Shown in pieces: positions 23,721 to 43,087 of a DNA stretch of 64,000 nt; positions within the stretch are counted from its first letter, which is position 1, and every line of letters starts with the position of its first letter. The DNA is from Hormiphora californensis. Its lineage: Eukaryota; Animalia; Ctenophora. The stretch is from assembly GCA_020137815.1 (NCBI GenBank), contig CM035354.1, positions 2,046,001-2,110,000 of the forward strand. The letters run 5' to 3'. Under the pieces are notes generated by a model that saw only the letters and a program-made list of their open reading frames with translations, was not told the DNA's origin and did no database searches. Made by a program: the position numbers and the translations under genes.

Positions 23721-25519
23721 TGAATAATTTCCATACTTGGCAAAAGTCCCGAACCCCGTCCCGAATTGTCCCCCAAGGTCCCGAACCGCCCCCAAACTTC
23801 CCCCCCCCCCAATCATCTCCATTCCTAGGTATACGTTGTTTAGTAACGCCAGAGGAAAATGTGACGGTACGGCCCAAAAATGACGATACGAAATTTGTGG
23901 GCCGAGGGGGAATACCATTACCCCAATCGGACTCAGTGCTTACATCGAGGCTGAGCATCAACCAAATACCAGTAATCGATATTCGATAGGGTACTTGCTC
24001 AACAATTAATCCCAATTGGACTCCCATGTAGTTGTACGAATGTACCTGTATCTCAAAAGGGAAAAATTCTACAGCCGTTTGAAATTAGTAACAATTTTTA
24101 GTTGTCACCCGTTACAATGTAGACGTTATAGGTGCGAACTCTCCGGGCTGAACTAACCCTTATTAGTTATTATCCAAGACAATTATATTGACTGTTAATT
24201 GTTTAATTGTTTAATTTCTCTATTTAAAATACTTTGTTCTACGAATATCAATTAAATCTCCCAACAATGCCGAATTGAAATACGGTCTGATCCCGATTTA
24301 CCGGGATGCTCGGACTTGGGGGAACTGTGCGGCGTGCCAGACCCTGTTTTGATAATGATTCTCTTGAGTGCAATCCGATCGGCCGGCAGGTGCCGCCTGA
24401 CACTGACAGGGGGAGTGTTTCACGGTCGCTTGTAGTGGGAAAACGAAAGATACAGTAAGACGACGCACAACCGTGACCAATCAGGGCGCTAGTACGTGCT
24501 GACACAGTGACACATGAACTAATTTTTGCCGTGCATTATGCACCGTGTGCGTCTCCTTACTGTATTTTCATTACGGTAATTTGACTACAAGCAGCACTGT
24601 TTGCCCGGTAAATCCGCTTGCCTGAGCCCCCGGTACGTCGGGTGGAATATTGTTTATTCTCTAAATCGGCGGAAATTTATCCGGTAAAACCTATCAGTGT
24701 CACTGTCAGGCAGGATTGCGGACAGGGTCCGACTGTACAAGGTGACTAGATTTAAAACGCGAGAACGCCATCATGGGACTATAAGTCATAGTATGACCAT
24801 GGTCGTGATGAGTATCACGATGGCGTTCGAGCGTTACAGCTAGTCGGCGCCTAGCCTTTGATTTGTAAACCGTTTGTCTGCAGGCGGCACTGCACTGACC
24901 CGTTCTGAGCGCACTGTTACGATATGAGAATCAAAACGGGGTCTAGCACCAACAAATAACAAACCATAATAGGTTCCCTTCCGATTAAAGTCCATTTTTT
25001 CAACTGTTCACCACCTTTTAGTGTTGGGATTTGTTTGGTGTGTGCATCAAAAATTAAAATATTACACGAGCACGAGTTTGGGGTAAACAGTTGAAAAAAG
25101 GGACTTTGATTTGATTGCAAATTATAAACACAGAATCTTGTAACAGAGAGAAGAGAGAATGCAGTGAAATTGGTAATATTTACATCACTGGATAAAGCTC
25201 AATAATTTAGGGGGCTCCACTTCTGGCGCAGATGCCGAGATATTGAAGTATTTTAGAGCCAGCCCTTTTAACACACACGCTTTACAGGTAGAAAAAGTGA
25301 TATATATTTACGAGTCTCTAGCACCACACAAGCGTAATCAAAAGATCCAAGTTAGATGCACAATTTGCGATAATTCACTCTTGTTTTATGAGAGAAAAAG
25401 TCCGAATATATTCATTAACCCGTGTGAATCTTGAAATGATTCTGTGGAACACGGGAGGGTACATTCGTCCCTATATTGAAGTTCCAATATCATTGAGTGG
25501 TGCGGTAGAGGTGTGATTC

Positions 25520-26490
25520 CTAGCTGCGTGCCTTGGCATGTTCTTCACTGTCCACCATGACAATGTTCCTAGATGCAGCAACCAGCTGTACCACCGAGAT
25601 AACACTCTGAGGGGGGTAGCAGGGGTTAACGACCGAGATAACACTCTGAATGGGGGATAACAGGGGTTAACGGCTGAGATAACACTCGTAATGGGGGGTT
25701 AGTTAGTGATAGGGACATGGTACAGTGACTGGTTAAATGAAGAAGCGGTTAGGTAACTACTAACTATAGAACACAGCTGCAGTACTAGGATGTCACCACT
25801 AACTAATGTAACAACATGAGAATATGGTCAGGCCAATACTCTGACAGAGTAACAACATGGCTCGCAGTTTACCTTGATGACCATGATGGGTGCACAAAGA
25901 AGGGCAGTAGACCTGAACAGGGCATAACCACCCACATCTGGTCCCTCTGAGAATCGGAGCAGGTACAGAGCCGCAAAGAACAACTCATTTCCTGTGGAGA
26001 GGGAGGGGGAGGTAAAAACGCTGTAAATTTCGACAAAATGAACAAGAGCTACAAAACAGGGCCAGACAGAAAAAGGGAAGGGCAACACTTCCTTTTCCCT
26101 TACCAGCGCACATTCCGAAAAGTACAGTTCGGTTTGTGTAGTAATAGTAGAGGATGGGGTTTTCAGTCAGATCGATCTGCTTGTGTGAAGTTGCTCCTGA
26201 AGAAAGAGAGAGAGGGATGTATTTAAAATAGGCAAGTTATGGAATAATTCCCCAATCCCCGGGCCACAAACTTAATTCTTATCTATTATACTAAGGAGCA
26301 TCTAAGGTATCCTAAAAGACGTGATCCCTGATGGGTTGTCACCCCCAAAATAACAACCCCAGCTGGGTGATACCAGTATCACCTTTCCCCCAATCAGACA
26401 AATACCCGTACACCAGCGTAATGGCGTCCTTATAATCAAACAAACAAACAAACAAACAAACAGACAGACAGACAGACAACAGACAAACAA

Positions 26491-26545
<55 letters not shown>

Positions 26546-26554
26546 AACAAACAA

Positions 26555-26594
<40 letters not shown>

Positions 26595-27407
26595 CTCCAC
26601 GTATAACTAACCAGCGTAGTGAGAAGCAGTGAGGTGAATCCAGTGACTCCAGATATCCAGGACAGCATAACATTGGAAGAAGAGGAAGTAGTCGGGGTAT
26701 AGAACACCCAGTGCCATCACCAGACCCAGGGTACTGCACCTGTGTTGGAGGGGGGGGGGGTATCAAATGGGGGAGGGGGGTATCAAATGGGGGAGGGGGG
26801 GGGGGTGATTTAGACAAGGGTACTGCACCTGTGTTGGGGGGGGGGGGGTGATTTAGACAAGGGTACTGCACCTGTGTTGGAGGGAGGGGGTATCAAATGG
26901 GGCCGGGGGGGGGGGGGGGTATCAAATGGGGCCGGGGGGGGGGGGGGGTATAAAATGGGGGAGGGGGTATCAAATGGGGGAGGGGGGTGGTATCAAATGG
27001 GGGAGGGGGTATCAAATGGGGGAGGGGGGTGATTAGCTTTCACATCTAGTAGAAACATCTAGTAAATTGTCCTCCCACTCTCTTCCTAGTAAGATCAGGA
27101 GAGGGTCAGAAGACATAGAGGGGCAATTAACTAACTAAATATTAATTAACTAATTAATTAATTACCTGTCAGTTAGCATGTCAAGCATTCCCCCAAACTT
27201 GCTGCTCTGCCCCAGAAGCCTGGCGGCATGGCCATCAAAAGCATCCAGGAGTTGACTGAGTAGATAACAGGCTACAGTGATAGTATACAATTCAGGATTC
27301 CGCATGTAGTAGAAAGCAATGAACATGAGGATGACACGAGCATATCCGATGAGATTTGGAACGAAGAGGAATACATTGGGTTGGGAGGGTGCCATTCTGG
27401 GTTCCAT
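25520..27407 (-). CDS. CDIPT: Phosphatidylinositol synthase (CDP-diacylglycerol-inositol 3-phosphatidyltransferase), 5 exons
   Basis: NVFLFVPNLIGYAR; CDP-alcohol phosphotransferase motif DAFDGHAAR..QSSKFGGMLDMLTDR; LDIWSHW; SHKQIDL..NPILYYYY..LFGMCAGNELFF; ends EHAKARS*. The start may be ATG 27395. Confidence 0.95.
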
Positions 27408-27433
27408 TGGAAGAGTGAGAGGGTTAGAGAGTT

Positions 27434-33126
<5,693 letters not shown>

Positions 33127-33192
33127 TGGGAAGCTATTAGAATAGTGAACTAACCTGATATAGACGATCTCATGAATAAAACGCCATTTACT

Positions 33193-33497
33193 GGGGGGGG
33201 TGACACGTAACACTTTGTAACACTTTGTAACATGTAACGTGCACAAAATATTTTCTGCACATGTTACAAAGTGTTACATGTGTTACAAAGTGTTACAAAG
33301 TGTTACAAAGTGTTACAAAATGTTGCAAAATGTTACAAAAAATGCCCATTTTGTAACATTTTGTAACACTTTGTAACATTTTGTAACATTTTGTAACACT
33401 TTGTAACACTTTGTAACACTTTGTAACATGTAACGTGCACAAAAAGTTTTCTGCACATGTTACAAAGTGTTACAAAGTGTTACGTGTCACCCCCCCC
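33193..33497. mobile_element. Palindromic MITE with G8/C8 termini and internal 10-bp (actttgtaac) repeats
   Basis: ggggggggtgacacgtaac...gttacgtgtcacccccccc; TSD tttact (6 bp). Confidence 0.85.
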
Positions 33498-34250
33498 TTT
33501 ACTGAGCTAGCTATAAACAATTTTAATTTCAATTAATAATTTGACGTGGAGCCTCACAGTGGAGACTGTGCAAATTAATGAGAGAAATTCATCATTTGAC
33601 AACTTTTATGGGTTGATGCGTGTCCCATAAGTGAAATGTGAATCTATCCACTAACAACAAGCCCAATTTGATATCGAAGCGCAGTCGGGATTCGGGCCAA
33701 GGACAGCGGGACGTCAGACGTGCTACCCTGAAACCGGTTTTGCAATGACCTAAGACGTGATCCAATCATTCCCTGAGTCAAATAATATGTCTAATCATCC
33801 TTTGATCGCCCCTAAGCCCGAGCAGACGAGCTTTTAGATCGAAAAAAGATAAAATCGTACAAAAACAATTCGCCAAAAAAGAATTGGTTCAAGCCAAGTA
33901 ATATATATAAGCTCAAGCTCAATTTCAACCGCGCGGCGCGGCACCACGACACAGTGCAACCTGTTCAACAACGCGCCATCCGTTATTTTCATCAAGTTAA
34001 ATTAGCTATTAATTAACTGATAATTGATGAGGAGTAGTAGCCATCATCAGAAACCAAGTTAAACGAAAGAAATAAGTTGGTTTAATAAAATAGATAAAAC
34101 AATTACACCACTGAGATCAAAAATAGAAAACAAAAGAGTAAAACTAAATTTAAACTCTTTGAGTCAAACTTTGAGTTTGATTTTGAGATTCGGGACGCAA
34201 CAGGCTGTCAGTTCCTTTGCTCCACCCTCTCTCATCACAATAAAAACAGG

Positions 34251-36704
34251 CTACCAATACCACACATTCAAGGCAACAGAAACACAAAATACCACTCTGC
34301 TAATCAGTGATCCAGTCACTGAACTGTTTTCAATTTCTCCAGTTCCATTGCCGCTGACATTGTTATTGGTGATTGTGGTGTCTAAAACTTCCAAGTTTGC
34401 AAGCTCTACTTCGTTACCCCCGGCACTAGGACTTTCTGACACGTTTAGGGATGACGTTGTAGCAAGTTTGGGAGTCAGGGTCGGACCCACGTCATCAGAA
34501 GCTTTCAATTCAACACAGTTCACAATCATATTGTTCCAGCGGGAGTGGGAACTGCAATACTCGAGAACTGAAAAAATTAGTAAGATATTATACTGTTATT
34601 AGTGAGAGCACTGAAAATGAAGAATAGAACTCTGAATTACAAACTTTTTTCCTGACTTCTATATTCTAGTAAAATTTAGAAGTCTAGAAATTTATAAATC
34701 TAGTAGAATTCTTACTTTTAGTTTTTTCATAGCAAACATATGCAGCCTTCCTTTGCACTCCAAAGAAATCATAAGTTTGTCCATCCATAAAGGGGACCAT
34801 TAAACAGTTTGTCCCAGGCTCACAGGGCCCCCTCTGGTGTGGATCCTCAGCACAACTATCCGGCATTGAAAGTAGTGGGTTCTGACACAGGGGACAGCCA
34901 CTGGCAGGGTGAACTGGGAGGGGAAGGGGACGTTTGGAAGTGGGGGGGGGGGGTAGACGATCATGGGACTAATCAGTGATCTAGTATCATGACAATTGAT
35001 AGTTTGCAGGAACCGACCGAATCAGGAAATACTGGTCCCTGATTGGCTGATAACCAGTCACGTGACCTAAATAACGAGTTCTGATTGGTTGTTTACTTGT
35101 TTCGGTCGGTTCCTGATACTAACCATCTGTGAAGGGCTCTGTGTTTGAGGGTGTTCCGGTGGGTGCAGCACTACTACTGGCTCCAAGGTTCAGGCCCACG
35201 GAGTCCGTCCCTGATTCAGTCGCATCTTCAACTGAAGTGGAAACTTGTCAACTTATTACATAGTAGTACCTACCAATAATGGTAGAGGACCATGCTTGAT
35301 CTCTAATTATCTCTAATCCCCCGATTAGCCAATGGCTAATTATCCATTAAAACAAAATGTGGAATGTGTTCTCCCTTTATACCTGGTGACGTTTTGACCT
35401 TGTTAGTATCCGTCACTGCATCACGTGGAGGAGACTGGGTTAGGGCAGGTTTCTCCATGGACAGCCTCACAATATGAGAAGAACACGAGGGATCAACGTC
35501 CTTGTTGCACAGTAAACCTGAGGAGGGCAGGACACGTATTATTGGGTTAAGAGTTTGTGTTTAGGCCTTAGGGAGGGGGCTGAGAATGGAGATGCCATCT
35601 CTGTCCCATCTGCGAGATGGGACAGGGTTTCAGAGTTACCAAAAACTCGATATGAAAGCCCAATTATACCAACAACCAGGACAGTCCATACTATGGATAA
35701 TAATCAATCTATGGACTCCATAGATTGATTATTATTTATCAATTACTGAATACTGTGGTAACCACAAGTTGTGAATACTGTGGTAACCACTGGTAACCAC
35801 AAGGCACAAGTTGTGCCAATTATAGTCAACTACATACCCGGAGATCCACAAAAGTTATGTCTGTGGTAACCACTGGTAATACTGTGGTAACCACTGGTAA
35901 CCACAAGGCACAAGTTGTGAATACTGTGGTAACCACTGGTAACCACAAGTTGTGCCAATAGTCAACTACATACCAGGAGATCCACAAAAGTTATGTCTAA
36001 TGCTTTCATCCGTTAGTATCTCCTCCAGGCAGATCTCCTGATCCACACACTCCGTTTGGCATGTTTCTATACTGCCAGTCTGCCAGTCCCCCGTATCTTG
36101 GTTATAAAGTTGGGGTCCAACCCTCCCCTCAAAGGTGCTACACTTCCAGCAAAGTTCACCTGTAGAAGGGATCGGAGTGGCTTGAGTTAACGAAATTTGG
36201 TGATTAGAGGGTGGGGATGAATGAGTAACAAATGAATTCAGAACAACTGAAAATTACCCTGTCTGGCGGTGAATCAAAACGGGGTCTGGCGCCACCAGAC
36301 AGAATTATATTGTCTACAGCAGATCCTCCCGCAGGGAGTTAGTTGGCGGGGGGGGGGGGGAACAAACAAACAAACAAACAAACCTACGTGTAAGCTGTGG
36401 GATCGGAACGTTCCTTGATTTGTGGCGAGGTTTCCGTTGATTTCTCTTATGGTTGAAGCCACTAACCAGCACCAGACCTGCCAACAGTGGGGAGAGGGGG
36501 GTTACTGTATGGAGTGGCTAAAGAAACAATATGATGCATGCTGCAAAGTAATTAGAAAATTAATTAAACAAATTAATTAAAGAATATGAGTAAGTTCAGA
36601 AGATCACAATAAATGACAATCTTGTTTCACACACACAATATTAATACAAGAAGTTTAAAAAACACGTGATCATTACCGGTTAAAAGAAGGCAAGTGATTT
36701 TCAT
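34251..36704 (-). CDS. Cys-rich, probably GPI-anchored surface protein (paralog A)
   Basis: Signal exon MKITCLLLT; ELCWKCSTF..CQTECVDQEIC (three-finger-like); S/T linker; CPLCQNP..DSCAEDP..GPC..CLMVPF..YVCY; hydrophobic C-terminus RVVFCVSVALNVWYW*. Confidence 0.7.
35007..35115. mobile_element. MITE family A copy, 8 nt inside an intron from its donor
   Basis: Intact TIRs; TSD eroded. Confidence 0.9.
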
Positions 36705-37771
36705 CTTGATTGGGGGGGGGGGGGTTGTCAACTGGTACTATACAGAACTGATACAACAAATCTAAATACACCGCACACAATCACTAATTTTGTGAGTGTC
36801 CGAGTCTCTCTTTCTCTCTCTCTTTCTCTCCTTGGTGTAGTGGCTGAGATCCTGTCTAATTCTTTGTTTAGGAGACTGTAAATTACAATGTAAAATCAAA
36901 ACCGGGGGGTGTGGGAATTAGAGAACAAAAGGTCCCTAATTTGTGACCGCCCTGCTTGAGAGAGAATATGGGCACGTGGTGAAGTACCATGGAACAAAGA
37001 AAGAAATAGATTTACAATTCTCTCGCTCTCGATATATACTAGCCATCTCCCTAAATCTCTCCGGATCTCCCTCTCGTCTGTCTAAAATAACCCTTCCCGC
37101 CCCCCTACTCTCATAATACAAGTCGTGTATTATCCGCGCGATTTTAACGGCGTGTTAAAATTGTGTCATCCAACGCGACCGTCAAAATCGTGCGTGAGAT
37201 TGTTACTTTTAGAATGGGGAGAGAAATTTTAACGGCCGCTGGTGTGTGCGGGTTTAAAATCAAAATTTTAATTTTAATTTTAACTTTGGTGTGTGGTGAC
37301 CCCTACACTATCTAACCCTACAGTATACGATATTCGCTGAGTCGCCTGACAAAGTATGAACAATTCAACCTGACACACATTGTGTCTGCGCTACGTAAAG
37401 TATGAACAATTCAGGCTTTATAACGCCCCTCAGCCGGCCCGTATACAAACTTTCAAGTATATATTTCTGGACAATGCACTGTTTATTGTATTAGTAATTC
37501 CCGTCTAATACTCTATGAATTTATACCGCCCTCCCAGTCTCTACCTAACTCTCTCACTTCCAGGAGCACTACTCGCTAAGAAAGTGACAACGAAAGACAG
37601 TTTAGCACGTGAAATGAGCAACGTGAGGGATGGTACTAAATAGGTTAAACGAGCCCCGTCACACACCAGTGGCTACTAGGGGCTACTATACTACGGCATG
37701 CTACTCTACTGAACAGTGTGTGACAGGAAACTTAATCAACTGCTGTTCGGAGAGAAGAAGTGCACTATTAT

Positions 37772-37880
37772 CAGGAACCGACCGAAACAAGTAGACAACC
37801 AATCAGAACTCGTTATTTAGGTCACGTGACTGGTTATTAGCCAATCAGGGACCAGTATTTCCTGATTCGGTCGGTTCCTG
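37772..37880. mobile_element. MITE family A copy (intergenic)
   Basis: Perfect TSD actattat. Confidence 0.95.
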
Positions 37881-38209
37881 ACTATTATGTTATGTAGCAC
37901 TAGCAGGATGCCCGTGCTGAGAGAACTAACTATCCGCCGGAAAGTGATGAGTAAAGGAGCAATTCGTCTAGTCAGTATAATGCCTTCCCTAACTATGTAA
38001 TCTGCATGCTGGACTAAAAAATGCTGAGGGAATTAGTCTATCTGCAATACAAGTGTGCAGTAATAAAACGGATCACACATGTGTGAGTGTTCAGTGTGTG
38101 GAGCTGTCTAGTACAAAAATTAACCAGGTACGACGCGGATGTAATTTCCAAACGGGTTCCAAACAACCTGATTAGACACAAAGAACTCTCTCTCTCAGCT
38201 CCAGCACAT

Positions 38210-38265
<56 letters not shown>

Positions 38266-38993
38266 TCTCAGATAGATTATTAATGTAACAAGAATAGAAC
38301 TACCGTATTAATAAATAGCTCTCACTGAGCAGCAGCAGTTCCAATTCAGATTAAACTCAGCATTATACTGAGCAGTGCTGCAGGACAGGAATAAAACACG
38401 CATGGCATTCCGCGTCTGAGCTGCAAGTGCAAGTGAATATATGCATTTTTACTTCTCTCTCGACACTTGTGCTAATTCGGGGAGGTATATAGTTGAGAAT
38501 GGAGAGAACTGCTAGATATGCGTTGGATTAAAGAATATTAATTATGATACACAGAACACGTGACTTACAAACACATGTTATATAGAGGACCTGATTTAGG
38601 GTTAGAACATTCACCTAACTGCAGAATAAATCACCAACTGACAATTATCCTTGATGATGTCATAATGATTATGTAATGTCGTAATGATGACATCATGTCA
38701 TCATTACGACATTATGACATTGTAGAGACAATAAACATGACATTGTCATGTTCGTACTTTATTGTCTCTACAACTTGAACTACGATCTTGGGCCAGTGGC
38801 ACTTGGCAGTGGCTATCTGAAGTATGTTAGCCCCCTGGCCCCTGGTTCAAAACGGCCAAAGTCCAATTACAATACCCAAAGAGTCGATAATACTTCCACT
38901 CAACAGTTTAGTTCCAGTTTAGTTCCAAAACGCAACCTAAACAACACCCCTACTAGCACGTGATGCCCATATATGGGCATGTTAAACATCTCC

Positions 38994-40089
38994 CTACCAG
39001 TGAAAAAGTACCAACATCAGTGTCACCCAGAAACACCCAATTTGAAGTCCAACGGCACCACCTGTAGGCTCAGTTGCTACAGCCTTCTCGGTCTCAACCT
39101 TGGGTGCATCGGTCTCAATCTTGGGTACATCGGTCTCAATCTTCGGTTCGGGGACAGGGGTCGGTCCAGTGTCATCAGATTTAAACAATCGGTCACAGTC
39201 AATGCGTGTATCGCCCCATTTAGAGTCTTTACAGGCACGTATATTACCATCTGAAATTATTTTAAAAATGAAACACGCAGTGATTTTAGCCAAGCAAATC
39301 AAGGTTTTGGTCAAAAGACCTCATCAGTGTTTTATAAAGAAATGAATCAATTCCCGTAATTACATAAAAATGTCGATGGGACATACCTTTTTCCACTTTG
39401 TAGCACACATAAGCGACCTTCCGTTCAACTCCAAAGAACTCGTATGTGTTGTCGTCCTCGAAGGGGACCATGAGGCAGCTCTCCCCGGGATCACAGGGCC
39501 CCCTCTGGGTGGGATCCTCAGCACAACTATCCGGCATTGAAAGTAGTGGGTTCTGACACAGGGGACAACCACTGGCAGGGTGCACTGGCAGGGAAAGGGG
39601 GTTGCAACTTGGGGACGGGGCTATAGTGGAAACCACAAATTAGGTAGAATGAAGAGTTGAGGACAATGCTCTAGGACAGGGAAAACCAGGAACCGACCGA
39701 AACAAGTAAACAACCAATCAGAACTCGTTATTTGGTTCACGTGACTGGTTATCAGCCAATCAGGGACCAGTATTTCCTGATTTGGTCGGTTCCTGGGGAA
39801 AATAGTACTTACCGTTTGTTACTGGTGGGGTGGCGGTACTAACACCGGTATAATCTTGTAGTGATGGCCCGGTAAGGAGAGCCAGAACTGAAGAGTGAAG
39901 GGATCGGATTACGAATGTCTGATTGTCGGAATAGTGACATGTTTAAATATATCATGTAGTGACATGACATATTTAAACTGTTCGCACTGACAGTACTACT
40001 GTTTGTAAAATGTATTTCACAAAATATATCGGTCAGGGCACGACAACAAAGATCGAATAAACTTTACCTGACAGAAGTAGTAGATTCAT
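38994..40089 (-). CDS. Cys-rich, probably GPI-anchored surface protein (paralog B), 4 exons
   Basis: MNLLLLS|VLALLTG..; same CPLCQNPLLSMPDSCAEDP domain as paralog A; PKIETD repeats; C-terminus GAVGLQIGCFWVTLMLVLFHW*. Confidence 0.75.
39687..39795. mobile_element. MITE family A copy near a donor
   Basis: TSD gggaaaac/gggaaaat. Confidence 0.9.
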
Positions 40090-40829
40090 GTCTCTCACCC
40101 AACTGGTCGAACTTGATCTAAAATGTACTATTCGAACTTAATCTAAAATGTACTAAAAATTGTTATGTTCTAACCCTCCTTTACATTTATTTGTAAAGCG
40201 AAACAGAGTCTAGCTAGGCAACAAAAAAATTGTGAAGCAGTGTATAAATGTCAATGGTAAAAAAGTGTCGAGAGAGTTGGAAACGAAGAACGTGTGAGAA
40301 ATGAAAGTTTTATAGAGTTAAAATAGTGTGATGATGACAAGTTATTACACAGAACTGACACTACGGGGGTTTCACATGATGAACTCGACAAATATCTAGC
40401 CCACCCGCTTCAGAAGCGAAGAGTTGAGTAACCTTATAAGGGTGTAACCCCGGTCTAACAGCAACTGTATAAGTAGAATATAATACTTTCCTGGAATCAT
40501 GGGGAGATTTATACATTGTATGGGAGTTATTGGCCAAAATGTGAGACAGATTATGACTATTAATGAATATGAATTATATTCATTAGTAATCGGAATCAGA
40601 ATCACATTATCATTGATATTACCATATTATGATCGTTTGTTAAGTCCACTTAACAAGACGTGATGGTGAGATCATTTGAGTATGCAAATTCATAGCAAAC
40701 ATTTACAGAAAAGGATAACATGAAAATTATCTCAACTCAGATCATATGTCTAGTTCTGGCCCTTATCTAGAGTTCATTAAAAATAAGTAATAACGTTCGA
40801 CAAAGGATGGACCGACTTTCCGATATATA

Positions 40830-41585
40830 ACGGGTGACAACTAAAAATTGTTACTAATTTAAAACAGCTGTAGAATTTTTCCCTTTTGAGATACGGCTTC
40901 GGGCCAGTGATAGAACGATTTTTCAGACAATTTTGAATCAGGATAACATAACGGCGATGACTAAAACGTTCATTCTCATAGCGATATCGGATCATTTCCT
41001 CTTGGCCCACCAAAGCATATAGTATGGAGATTTGAAATTTCTATGTTATCAGAAACGACCTTTCCGATAAGATATAATTCTCATAATCGGAAGTCTGGTT
41101 GTCCATGCCACAACCAACATAACTGCCAAGTTTGAAGATTTTGGCTCATTGGGAAATTGGGTTTCCACGGTCATTAATGTTTCGAGAGATGTCGAAAAGG
41201 CGATTTCTCAAATTACCTGTAAACTACGCTTTGTTACAGAAGATTCTGATCAGGAAATTGAGATTTATGAAGTTTGAAGCAACGTTAATTTCGTTCAAAA
41301 TTGTCTGAATAATCATTCTATCGCTGCCCCGAAGCTGTATTTCGACTAGAACAGGCGCTAGAGGTGCTAGAAAAACGTGTAGATTTCACGGACTATATGC
41401 TTTCGTGGGGCAAGAGGAAATGATCGGATATCGCTATGAGAATGATCGTTTTAGTCATCGCCGTACTGTTTTTCTGATTCAAAATTGTCTGAAAAATCGT
41501 TCTATCACTGGCCCGAAGCTGTATCTCCAAAGGGAAAAATTCTACAGCTGTTTTAAATTAGTAACAATTTTTAGTTGTCACCCGT
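40830..41585. mobile_element. Tc1/mariner-like non-autonomous element (TA TSD, ~190-bp TIRs)
   Basis: ta|acgggtgacaactaaaaattg...caatttttagttgtcacccgt|ta; a solo end of the same family lies at ~24046-24113. Confidence 0.85.
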
Positions 41586-42278
41586 TATATATTGGGGCGA
41601 GGACACGTACGCGTTTTCTAGCGATTGGGAGAACTTGCCACGGGGTGGCCCACCAATTGGCTCCATTGCAACCTATCGTCGCGACGTCGATCTCACTCAG
41701 GTATTAATGTGGCCAAGCCCACCAATAGGATGGTAATTCTAGCAGTTGTTTTTCCTTAATCTCGCAATATATCTCTTTAGTCAAAAGCCTTCTCGCTTTT
41801 TCGAATCCGATACCTGATAACCTAACGTGTCGACCATCGCTATAGCTCAAAAATAATTATATCCTGATTCTTAACTCCCCCCTCTCTCTCATACAACTAT
41901 CTCTCATACAACCACCAACACCACAAAAGTAGATCATGTGCTGGAAACAAAAAAACAGAAAATTACACATTTCTATAAAGAAGAAAGATTTCCAGCTCGT
42001 GTGTGCAAAACAATACGGAAATTAATGAGTCAGAACAGAGAACCATGGAGTGGAAGTAGCGAAATTAGAGGATGTACAAAAGAAACACAGGCGCCTCATT
42101 TTCCGAAATTAGAGGATGCCGACTTAGATCTAGATTCTAGAGAGTGGGGTATTATAGAGAAATTGATGTACAGTGAGAGAAATCTAAACCTATTGACTTT
42201 TCAGCACTAATCAACAATAGGATGGCCTAATGAAACAGGTATTGCATTGTGGTTGCACAAGGGTTAAAAAAAAAGAAA

Positions 42279-42314
<36 letters not shown>

Positions 42315-43087
42315 AGCTGAAGAGAGATAGAGAGAGAGAGATGAGAAGGTGACTGAGAGAGACAGGAATTGGAACTTAGAAGTGCACGCAATTGGCGACT
42401 CCTCTCTACGTCTCGCCCATGCTCCATCATGCACGCATTTCCGGTATAGCCACCCTGCATCTACGTATCTCGCATCCTGGAACCAGGTTAACTACAAACA
42501 AGGTGAAGAAGTCAAAAATAATAAAGAGAACTAAAACAACAACACAACCAAAAAGAGACAGGCGAGACAAAAATCGATATTCCTCTCAACAAAAAAGATC
42601 CAGCTGTCAAAACATCGGATTATGGTCCAGGACTGGAGTGGATTAGGTAGCAAATAGAGGAGTACAAAGTTAATCAGGTCTCATTTCACAAAAGATCCAG
42701 ACTAGAGTCATCTAGAGGGGGGAAGAGAATTGAGTAAGTGAGAGAGCAACATGGCATTTCAGCACTTCAAAGGTGGCGTAGGAGAGAAGAGTTTTTGGTT
42801 GCAAGTAGCCAAAAGTACCATGTTTGTGGAAGTGCCTACCGTATCGCATGATGCATGTGCTTCCAAGCTAGGTGGGACATGCCTGTACAGTATCATGTAC
42901 TATAACAAAGACAAGGCTAGGGCCAAGGATTGAAATTATAAAACATGTAATATATGATACTTGTATGAATACAATGTGTGTGCTATGAGACATGCAATGT
43001 CAATTCAAACACCCTATTGATCACATTGTTTCACACACAGTGAGTATACCAACATACAATTTCCTATAATATATATCCTAAATAGTG

